A DNA stretch of 51,100 nucleotides, from the sequence record DRR723986_1312; one strand, 5' to 3'. Shown here in pieces: positions 1 to 9,000 of this stretch. Positions within the stretch are counted from its first letter, which is position 1. Each line of letters begins with the position of its first letter. The notes beneath the pieces were generated by a model. It was not told the origin of the DNA. It did no database searches and saw nothing but the letters and a program-made list of their open reading frames with translations. The translations under genes were made by a program, and so were the position numbers.

Positions 1-474
1 GAAAAGCTTTTTCGCCAAGTCTTCAGAAATATACACGCTGTTTAACTTATTCTGAATGTTATCAACGCTGCCTTTTACCAATGGAAAACTAAAGACCCTG
101 AAAAAATTGGGATCAGCATAAATTCCTATTTCATTAAAGCCCTCAGCTTTATGCTTTACCAATACAGCACTTTCAAAACTGTATTGAGTCGCTAGTTCTA
201 TTTCAGGAATTTCATTGACAAGAGTTTCTTTCAGTCTGGATGGATTAGCGGGATAGGTATCAATAATTCCATCTGGTCTTTCGCTATTAACCATGACACT
301 ATAGATTCTATCGCTTTCAATATGAAACTTATCAAACGATAGTTCATCTAGGATCCACAAAAAGATAAAAATGCTTGCTACTATTCCAGATGTTAAGCCA
401 AGAATATTGATCAAGGTATAGCCCTTCTGTCGTCTCAGATTTCTAAAAGATGTCTTCAGATAATTTTTCCACAT
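1..474 (-). CDS. ABC transporter permease (MacB/FtsX-like), 5' part only; runs off the window edge
   Basis: Not in the ORF track. Manual translation from the ATG at 474 gives MWKNYLKTSFRNLRRQKGYTLINILGLTSGIVASIFIFLWILDELSFDKFH..., the typical N-terminus of Bacteroidota MacB-like permeases. Open to position 1. Confidence 0.9.
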   Translation of the reverse strand, partial: MWKNYLKTSFRNLRRQKGYTLINILGLTSGIVASIFIFLWILDELSFDKFHIESDRIYSVMVNSERPDGIIDTYPANPSRLKETLVNEIPEIELATQYSFESAVLVKHKAEGFNEIGIYADPNFFRVFSFPLVKGSVDNIQNKLNSVYISEDLAKKLF

Positions 475-532
475 GGTATTCTCAAATTTTGGAGAAACAA
501 ATCTGTATCTCTTTTTTGCTTCCACACAAAAA

Positions 533-548
533 ACCAAAAGGCATGCCT
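533..548 (-). promoter_or_regulatory. Candidate sigma-54 (-24/-12) promoter for the ABC permease
   Basis: Minus strand reads AGGCATGCCTTTTGGT versus the consensus TGGCACGnnnnTTGCW, about 60 bp upstream of the ATG. An inverted repeat (cggaca-attt-tgttcg, 609-624) lies further upstream. Confidence 0.4.
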
Positions 549-693
549 TCCCTAAACCCGCATAGAGAGCTTGAGAGAAGCTTTTTCAAATTTTGATAAT
601 AAAATCCGCGGACAATTTTGTTCGGTTTTGGGAAAAACCTAAGATTAAAAAAAAACCTCCGTAAAGGTGGATTTTGTCTAAAGCTTTGATCTA

Positions 694-1143
694 CTATTCC
701 TCTTCAGGAACCGCCATGGTGTGATTTCCAACTAAAAGGCACTGTCCATCTATTTCCATATAGGTTCGCATGAAGTGGTATCGTGTAGGAGTAGGGCCTC
801 TATCTACTATTGTGAATCCAGTAACAATAGCCACATTTCCTGTAATGGCGACTTTCACGTCACTTTGAACCCTAGATCGTGTGTTGCTCGTTCCATTGGC
901 AGCTTGAGTTTCTGCTCTCTTTATAGCGGCAGCTTTCGTATCAACCATTGAAGCATGATTGTGCACCCAGACAAAATTCTCTGCAAGTTTACTTTTGAAA
1001 AATTCCGGATCAGGTTTTAAGTTCATCTCTTCCCACTTTGCATCTAAGGCTTTGATGTTAGCTTCCGTCATACAAGTTTGTTGTGCAATGGCTGTAAAAC
1101 TTGCTAGGAGAAATAGGATAAATACTATATAGGATGATTTCAT
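694..1143 (-). CDS. Secreted NTF2-like / DUF4440 family protein
   Basis: Signal peptide followed by a ~125-aa NTF2-like pattern (LAENFVWVH...VAITGNVAIVTG...FMRTY). Confidence 0.8.
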   Translation of the reverse strand: MKSSYIVFILFLLASFTAIAQQTCMTEANIKALDAKWEEMNLKPDPEFFKSKLAENFVWVHNHASMVDTKAAAIKRAETQAANGTSNTRSRVQSDVKVAITGNVAIVTGFTIVDRGPTPTRYHFMRTYMEIDGQCLLVGNHTMAVPEEE

Positions 1144-1548
1144 TGTAACTGCGGTGTTTAATATAATTAAGAATTGCTTTAAAGATATTTAGAATTGGAT
1201 GGTTATCTAAACTTGCTTCATCGTTTTGTACGTATTAATTCATTTTATAAGTAATCGACGATTTTTCTAATTTCCTGATTCCTCTCTTATAGGATTATTC
1301 TTAGATCAAAATTGTGATAATGGATAATTAATTTTATATTGAAAGAGGCATTGTTAGTATTTTTAAAATAGGCCTTTCACCAATAATTAACGGTTAGAAA
1401 TCTTTTCTTGAAATGAGCATGAAACCAATTTCTACTTTTAGTTTTTCAAGGGAATTGGTCCAAATAAGCTTGTTTTCACCTTATTTATTTGACTTTCAGG
1501 GCTATGGTTTTTTTAATTATTAAATTAGTTATAGGTTAATAAATCTAT

Positions 1549-2811
1549 ATGCAACAAAACTCAACTACTATTCTGGTTCCTGTAATCGCTGATAAGGTTC
1601 AGGGTTTACTAGACCAATTGGTAGAAATCAAACGGAATTCCAAGGAAGGTATCTCCAAAGAATTTGATGCTTTGTCCATCATACATTATGCTCGATGGGT
1701 CGTGATAGATCATGGGAAGTCTTATATAAATGATGAGAAGAAAAGAAACCCGAAGTTACTTTTTGTGATAGATTACGATGGGGAGGAAGGAGAAATGCTC
1801 CATAAAGTCAGCGAAAATTCCAGTACCATATTGGATTTAGTTTATGTTTTTTGTGAAGGCTATCCACCATTAAATACAGTAAACACAGCCAGTAGGAAAT
1901 CCTTTTTGGCCAGTCATGTGATCAAAGATGCAGCTGTTTACATAGGAGCTCCGGGAAGGTCTGTTTTGCAGATACAAAAGGAAAAAAAGCTTCGGGATTT
2001 TATCCGTGATTTTATCGATTCTAGGACTTGGGAAGATGTTTCACCTGATACTGTACATAGGAAAATTAAAGAACAGGTATTAGCTAATCCCGATTTCTCT
2101 TATTTGAAAGAGGAAAGAGTTTCAATGCCTCATATCAATTTTTTCGGGGTAGTTTTATTAGGGATTTGCTTGCTCGCCTTATTGCCCTTTATCATTATTT
2201 TATTGTTGATTGTACACTTCTTTTACGAGCGAAAAGATGAGAATTTCACAAAAAAGAGAAGCCAGTTAGACAATGACTTTTTGACTGAATTGGAAGTGTA
2301 TGAAGATTTCAAAAATCAAAATCAATTTACCCAGCTCGTAGATATGAAAGAAGGTAATGTCCGTCTTTTAGCAATTAAGTTCATGTTTTTGCTTTCTAAT
2401 TTCCTCATCAAATTCATCTTCACTCAGGGCAAATTAATGGGTATCCCTACGATTCACTTTGCTAAATGGGTTATGTTTGAGAAAAATTCCCGAGTCCTGT
2501 TTTTCTCCAATTTCGATGGGAGTTGGCAGCAATATCTTGGAGATTTCATCGATAATAGCGGTTGGGGACTTACTGGGATTTTCTCCAATACCAAGGTTTT
2601 TCCAAAGACAAACTTTCTAATTACTGGTGGTGCTTACAAGGAAGAGTACTTTTTGGCTTGGAGCCGCAATTCCGAGCTAGTGACTAATTTTTGGTACACA
2701 GCATATCCTGACCTATCCATAAAAAATGTCAATAATAACACCCGAATTAGGGTTCAATTGATGAAAACACTTTCAGAGCGTCAGGCTGCCAAATTTCTTA
2801 AACTCCTATAG
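1549..2811 (+). CDS. Conserved hypothetical membrane protein with two homologous domains, DyP-associated
   Basis: 420 aa. Repeated motif IHYARW..LLFVIDYDG / IHFAKW..VLFFSNFDG on either side of a hydrophobic helix (FFGVVLLGICLLALLPFIIILLLIVHFF). Ends 3 bp before the DyP gene. Confidence 0.8.
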   Translation: MQQNSTTILVPVIADKVQGLLDQLVEIKRNSKEGISKEFDALSIIHYARWVVIDHGKSYINDEKKRNPKLLFVIDYDGEEGEMLHKVSENSSTILDLVYVFCEGYPPLNTVNTASRKSFLASHVIKDAAVYIGAPGRSVLQIQKEKKLRDFIRDFIDSRTWEDVSPDTVHRKIKEQVLANPDFSYLKEERVSMPHINFFGVVLLGICLLALLPFIIILLLIVHFFYERKDENFTKKRSQLDNDFLTELEVYEDFKNQNQFTQLVDMKEGNVRLLAIKFMFLLSNFLIKFIFTQGKLMGIPTIHFAKWVMFEKNSRVLFFSNFDGSWQQYLGDFIDNSGWGLTGIFSNTKVFPKTNFLITGGAYKEEYFLAWSRNSELVTNFWYTAYPDLSIKNVNNNTRIRVQLMKTLSERQAAKFLKLL

Positions 2812-2814
2812 ACT

Positions 2815-4269
2815 ATGACAAGGCTAGAACTAGAAAATATCCAAGGTTATCTTATCCGCGGGTATGCTCATATGCTGTATTCGAGGTTTGTTTATTTACA
2901 GATTTCAGATGCTAAGTCATTCAAAAAATGGTTGTCACAGTCGTGGAAGGAAATGACATCAGCAAGACATATACCCGATAAGTCCAAAATCTCTTCTACG
3001 CATTTGAATATTGCTTTTACTCATGCTGGATTAGGAAAGTTGGGGTTGCATGAAGAGAATCTTGGTGCATTTTCTAGAGAATTTAGACAAGGGATGGTTT
3101 CTGACCATAGAACCAGATTATTGGGAGATTTTGGCACCAGTCGACCTGAAGTTTGGAATTGGGGAGGACCTCGTAATGAAACCATCCATCTCTGTTTAAT
3201 GGTGTTTGGAAATGATAAATCTGCAAACGATGATCTTGAAAAAGATAAAATCGTGTGTCTAAATTATTATGATGCGTTAGCATCCCAGTTTGATGCAATT
3301 GGGGTTAAGGAACTCTTCTATGTGGATGGTCAAACTCAGCCAGATAATAAAGAACACTTTGGGTTTAGAGACGGAATATCTCAACCAATCATCGAAGGCT
3401 CTGGCAGAGTAGGAGATAAAGATGATGTCATCAAAGCGGGGGAGTTTCTATTTGGTTACAAAAACGAATTTGGTGTATATCCGGACACGCCTTTGATTGT
3501 AAAAGATCAAGGAGATTTGAATTTACTAACACCTGATGCAGGTGGGAGCGGTCAAAAGGACATAGGAAAAGATGGGACTTTCATGGTGATGCGCCAATTG
3601 GATCAGGATGTAAATAAGTTTTGGGGTTATTTGAACGAAAAAACGAAAAATCCAGATGGTTCAATTAATGTAGCCGAGAGCTTAAAGTTGGGTGCAAAGT
3701 TTATGGGAAGATGGCAGAGTGGTGCACCAGTTACCCTTTTTCCAGATAGCGATCCTGGGCCATATAGTGATGTCAATGATTTTGGCTATGCTAAATTTGA
3801 TAAGGATGGTTTGAAGTGCCCGTTTGGGTCACACTTAAGAAGAACAAATCCAAGAGACAATGTGGATGACCATGGCAAAAAAGAATCGCTAAAACTGAGT
3901 AAGCAGCATAGAATAATCAGACGAGCGAGGCTTTATGGAGAAATCTATGAGGGATCTCCTACCAATACTACTCCAAAAGGAGATGTTGGACTTTTGTTTA
4001 TTTGCTTCAATGCAGATATCAGCCGTCAGTTTGAATTTCTCCAATATACCTGGGCAAATCTCCCGAAAAACAAGGAACTGTATAATGACCCTGATCCTAT
4101 TATTGGCGTAAAGGAAACAGTCGAGCCTGGAGAAGAACAGAATTTCACTGTGCAAGATGAACCGGTAAGCAAAACGATTAAGGATCTGCCAAGAGTGATC
4201 ACAGTGAAGGGTGGAGCCTATTTCTTTTTTCCATCTATAAATGTACTCCGATATCTATCTACGATTTAA
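2815..4269 (+). CDS. Dye-decolorizing (DyP-type) heme peroxidase
   Basis: NIQG start motif, GxxDG (FGFRDGISQP), proximal His (CPFGSHLRRTNPR), distal Arg (IIRRAR), QFEFLQ, and C-terminal GGAYFFFPS. No signal peptide. Confidence 0.93.
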   Translation: MTRLELENIQGYLIRGYAHMLYSRFVYLQISDAKSFKKWLSQSWKEMTSARHIPDKSKISSTHLNIAFTHAGLGKLGLHEENLGAFSREFRQGMVSDHRTRLLGDFGTSRPEVWNWGGPRNETIHLCLMVFGNDKSANDDLEKDKIVCLNYYDALASQFDAIGVKELFYVDGQTQPDNKEHFGFRDGISQPIIEGSGRVGDKDDVIKAGEFLFGYKNEFGVYPDTPLIVKDQGDLNLLTPDAGGSGQKDIGKDGTFMVMRQLDQDVNKFWGYLNEKTKNPDGSINVAESLKLGAKFMGRWQSGAPVTLFPDSDPGPYSDVNDFGYAKFDKDGLKCPFGSHLRRTNPRDNVDDHGKKESLKLSKQHRIIRRARLYGEIYEGSPTNTTPKGDVGLLFICFNADISRQFEFLQYTWANLPKNKELYNDPDPIIGVKETVEPGEEQNFTVQDEPVSKTIKDLPRVITVKGGAYFFFPSINVLRYLSTI

Positions 4270-4279
4270 ATCCCTGCAT

Positions 4280-5845
4280 CTACTCTTCTAAAAATGCTTT
4301 GGCATTATTTAAGCCATTTTGAAGGTACTTTTTCAGAAAAAGTGGGGCAAATATTGAAAGGAAAATTCGTGCAAATAGGTTTTTGTACGTAAAAGTATAA
4401 ACCCATCGCAGTCTTGTCTTATCATCTACCGTATCAAACCACATGTGGCCATAGGTTTTGCTGGTGAATTTCTTAAAAATATCGCTGAATTCCGTCGTCT
4501 GGTATGAATAGTTTGAGTAGCGATGTACCGAGATAAGTTCTTCGACCAAAGTAGCTGAGTCCCCTCTTTCTACCAGCCTATTGTCACCAACTTCTGCCCA
4601 ATTGCCACGTAACTTTTTCACTTTTATGATACCGTAAATAGGGCCAGTTTTCAGTAGCCAACTCGAAAGTTTTTCTACACTTGCTACGAATTCATATGCT
4701 GTCTTTTTATCGCAATTGACAATGACTTCAGCCGTGGTAAATATGATATGTTTGGATGGTACTTGCTGATCGAGTGTCACCTTCGTATTTACCGGAAGAA
4801 TGTCATCCAGAAAATCAGAAGAGTCTTTAGGTTCCTCTGAGGGAAGTTTATTCATATCATGTCTGAATTTAGACATGGCTTCATAGACACGTTTTCTGAC
4901 TCTATTAAAAGCTCCCAAAGGTCTGTGCACCGGCAGAGAATGCCAAGGGTTAAAGGAAAGGTTATCCCCATATTCGATCTGTGCGTTTGTATCGAAAACT
5001 TGGGGGTGAATGGTCAAGGTTGCAACTTTGATATTTTGAGAACTCCAGGCAACTGTAGGGTCTTCTATCGGCATGGCATCAGCATCAGTTTGAAACTGAA
5101 CGAAAAAATCAAATTTGGCCTCATTGTCATGTAGCGTTTGGGCCATGTTATACCTCAAATAATTGTAATCTGTGGTGTTTTCTATGACTATGTTATTACT
5201 TGGAGATGGGCGAAGGTGATATTTGACAGCACGGTCTACAGTCCCAAATTGGTAAGGCTGGGTGCTCCAATAAGGGATTTCAAGAGGGTTTCTGCAGGCT
5301 ACTTTACTTTTCGATGCACGCAGTATTATGGGCCATAAAACTGGGTTTAGAATGAAAAGTTTGCTTTTAAAGAAGTTTGGAGATGTTAATGCCTTGAGGA
5401 GTCTTGCTAATTCTTTGATGGTTTTTGCAAAGAAAGTCTCGGTACTCATCAGTAAAAAATCCTGAGTTTCGGCATTGATTTCGTCTTCCAATATCTTCTC
5501 TCCAGGCACACCAAGCAACTTAATAGCCACTCCTCTGATATCTTTTTTCTTGTCTTTTTGAGGCTTTGTGTTACCATTGGAAAATCGAACCCAAGCATTG
5601 TATTTTCTAGGATTGCCTGCAAATACTCCGACTTTAAGCTCCTCTGGTAAATCTTTTTCTACAGCAAAAGTGGCCTTTACACAGCCATGCATCTTGGTAT
5701 GTACTTGTCGGAGCATCTTTTTGTCCTTGTACATTCGGGTGACTTGAGCTTCAAATTCCTGAAGCATTTCGTACCCAATACGATCTTCATCATATTGTAC
5801 ATATTCATGTCCTATTTTTTTTGGAGCTTCGGCTGAGATTGACAT
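4280..5845 (-). CDS. Catalase-like heme protein (small catalase-related family) fused to a C-terminal SRPBCC/START domain
   Basis: RQVHTKMHGC (distal His), WVRFSN, DIRGVAIK, PIEDPTVAW, LSFNPWH, NRVRKRVY (proximal Tyr). The last ~155 aa look like SRPBCC (AEVIVNCDKKTAYEFV...TRLRWVYTF...C-terminal helix). ATG at 5845 preferred over TTG at 5875. Confidence 0.85.
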   Translation of the reverse strand: MSISAEAPKKIGHEYVQYDEDRIGYEMLQEFEAQVTRMYKDKKMLRQVHTKMHGCVKATFAVEKDLPEELKVGVFAGNPRKYNAWVRFSNGNTKPQKDKKKDIRGVAIKLLGVPGEKILEDEINAETQDFLLMSTETFFAKTIKELARLLKALTSPNFFKSKLFILNPVLWPIILRASKSKVACRNPLEIPYWSTQPYQFGTVDRAVKYHLRPSPSNNIVIENTTDYNYLRYNMAQTLHDNEAKFDFFVQFQTDADAMPIEDPTVAWSSQNIKVATLTIHPQVFDTNAQIEYGDNLSFNPWHSLPVHRPLGAFNRVRKRVYEAMSKFRHDMNKLPSEEPKDSSDFLDDILPVNTKVTLDQQVPSKHIIFTTAEVIVNCDKKTAYEFVASVEKLSSWLLKTGPIYGIIKVKKLRGNWAEVGDNRLVERGDSATLVEELISVHRYSNYSYQTTEFSDIFKKFTSKTYGHMWFDTVDDKTRLRWVYTFTYKNLFARIFLSIFAPLFLKKYLQNGLNNAKAFLEE

Positions 5846-6043
5846 GTTATTCCTTATAGCGAGTTTAAAAAACAATAAAAGTGATTGGAATGTAATTAAA
5901 AATAAGGTGAAGCTAATGCAGATGAGAATTTTATTTTGTGTTTTTTATATTGGATTTTGTATTAAATTTAGTGAAATGGATCACCCTATTATCCATTTTA
6001 TATAGGTTATTCTTCCAATTGGCAGTTTTAACACCTCTTTTTA

Positions 6044-9000
6044 ATGAAATGGCAAATTTTATTTTCAACTAATGATTCTGATACCCAGAATTCTATCACA
6101 TCTGGGGAAAATGCTATTGTTACTAAGAAAATATCTCTTGCCACACTTTCCCAGATTGAAACTATAAAAGCTAATAATGAAGCATCTTTTTCAGATGTAT
6201 CAGTACCTGGGTTTAGGACGGTTTTGCAAAGTGAAAATACAGGGACAGACCTCAGCTTAAAGTTGAAGTATGTAAAGGGTGAGAGTTTAAAAGAATATGG
6301 TTCTAAGCCTCTGAGCTTAAGTGATAAGATGAAAATTTGTGTAGCAATCACTAAAAAGCTAGCAGAAGTTCATCGTAAAGAATACGTCCATCTCAACCTG
6401 AATCCAGAGCATATTATTATTGAGGATGAAACCAATGAAGTTGTTTTTATTAGCCTTGGCCTAGCTACCCGAATCAAGAGAAAAATTGGAATCGAAAAAA
6501 GGTTAGTTTTTTTTGAAGCTGATTACGACTTCATCGCTCCCGAACAAACTGGCAGAATCAGTACAGAAATCGGATTATACTCAGACATCTATGCCCTTGG
6601 GATGATCTTTTATTGGTTTTTCACAAAGCAATTGCCTTTTGAATCAAAGGAAGGAGCTTCGAAAATCCATGCCCATATTGCCTTAACTCCCAAGCATCCT
6701 TCAGAGATAGTTGAGATTCCAAAAGTGCTTTCTGAATTGATCATGAAAATGATCGAGAAGGATGTGCAAAATCGATATCATTCAGCGCAGGGAGTCTTGT
6801 ATGATTTGGAAATGATTCTATACTCCGTTCAAAAGGAGTTGGACATTGAAGGATTTTTACTCGGAACACAGGATTCATCTGGAGTCCTGCTATTTACCGA
6901 CCAGCTTTATGCCAGAGATAAGCAATTAAAGCAGCTAAAAGATGCTTTCTCAAGTATATCGCTCAATGAGAAAAAGTTGGTTTATGTATATGGTAATTCA
7001 GGGGTTGGGAAATCAGCCTTGGTAGAGCGCCTTTACAGACCTGTAGTTCAATCTGGAGGCTTTTTCATATCGGGAAAGTTCGACCAGCTTCGCGCTGATG
7101 TTCCTTATTCCGCTTTTTCCCAAGCCTTGGGGAAGTTGATCAACCAAGTTTTGCTCCTAAACGAGGTAGAGCTTGATAAGTGGAAAACTAAATTACATAG
7201 TCTTGTACAGCCTATAGGAAGGGTGTTGTTTGAGGTCATTCCAGGTTTGGAAAAATTGCTGGATAATGAACCGGAAATCCCGGTTTTGACAGGTACAGAA
7301 GCACAGCTGCGTTTCAATTATGCACTCACCAAGTTTTTCCAGGTGTTTGCAGAATTGGGTAAGCCGGTGTTCATTTTTATTGATGATCTACAATGGTCTG
7401 ATGTTTCTTCTTTCGATTTGATGAAGACTATACTTGTCAATTCTGAACTCAATAATATTCTCATTGTAGGCGCTTACCGAGATAACGAAATTACTCCAGG
7501 GCATTTATTTCTTCAGTTTAAAATGGAGTTGGAGGAGCAAGGAATACAGCCTGAAGAAATATTACTGGAGAATCTTAAGGAAGAAGATATCCAACAATTG
7601 GTTACAAATACGCTGGGGAAATCTGAAAGACCCTTGGATGAATTGGCTTTTTTGGTTTTCAAAAAGTCTGCTGGAAATGCCTTGTTTGCTAATCAATTCT
7701 TGAAGGCCATCTACAAGAATGAGATGCTATATTTCGATAGTGAAGAAGGGGCTTGGAAATGGAAAATCGATAAGTTGATCAGTTATAATGTAGAGGGAGA
7801 TATTGTTAATTTATTTCTTGAGACGATCAATGAGCTCCCAACAGACACTATTTCTATCCTCAAGCTTGCTTCCTGCATAGGTAATAAATTTTTCATACAA
7901 GATTTGGTTAGGGTTTCGGAACAAGAAGCTGAAAAAGTAAGTCAGGATTTCAATCTTGCGCTCGACCTTGATTTGGTTATCGAAAGCCTGGATGGAAGTT
8001 ATTATTTCGTTCATGATCGGGTACAGCAAGCTATCTATTCCCTGATAGATGAAAATGGTAAAAAGGAAAATCACCTGAAAATTGGCAGAACTCTGCTGTC
8101 AAAAACCAAAGAAAGCGGGCCAAAAGATGATGTTTTTGAGATTGTAAATCAATTCAATTTTGGCAAGGAGTTAATTACAGATCCTTTAGAGATTAAGACC
8201 CTTTGTGAGCTCAATAGCATTGCAGGTCAACGGGCGCAAAACTCAACAGCCTATGTGTTGGCAATGCAGTATTTTGAAAATGCTCTGCAACTTCTGGCGC
8301 CAAATGCCTGGGAGAATGACAGGGAATTCACCTATGACCTTTATCTGAAATCTGCTGTTGCTGCCTACCAGTGCAACAATCAGGAACTGTTCAGAAAATA
8401 CACAGCCTTGCTAGATGCCAATGCGGTAAGCGTTTTAGATAAGCTGAAATTGGCTGATCTTAAGATCCAGAATGCCAATGTTGAAAACGATCAGAAGCAA
8501 GTAATAGAAATAGGGCTTGATATACTTCGCTTAGTTAATATAGATCTAAAGCGCCATCCTAGCCAGTTGAATGTATTATTTGGCTTTATCAGGACCAACC
8601 TGAGATTGTTTTCTTATTCAGAAGAGAAAATTCTAAAACTCCCGCAAATCAAGGATGAGAAGCTGTTAATAGCCATGTCTATCATGCATCATATGTCTTT
8701 GGCAGCTTACTTAACTGAGCCTAATCTGCTTCCATTGATCATGTTTGAGTTGATTCGGCTAACTCTGAAATTCGGGTTGGGCTCCAAGACTCCAGTTGCT
8801 TTTGTGGTTTTTGGCTACATCAATATTGCCTTTATGGGTAATATGGCGAAGGGGCTCAGAATGGGTCAGTTGGGAAATAGTGTTTTTGAAATTATCGAAA
8901 ACGAAGACGAGTTCGTCTCTTTCAAGCAGGTGTATGTGATGTTCATTTCGCATTGGTTAAAGCATCTTGCCGAAAGCATCCCGGAGTTGGAAGAAGCATT

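Noticed and set aside
2815-4269. Encapsulin cargo or Tat-exported DyP
   Set aside because: No encapsulin gene is adjacent, there is no C-terminal cargo-loading extension, and there is no twin-arginine signal.
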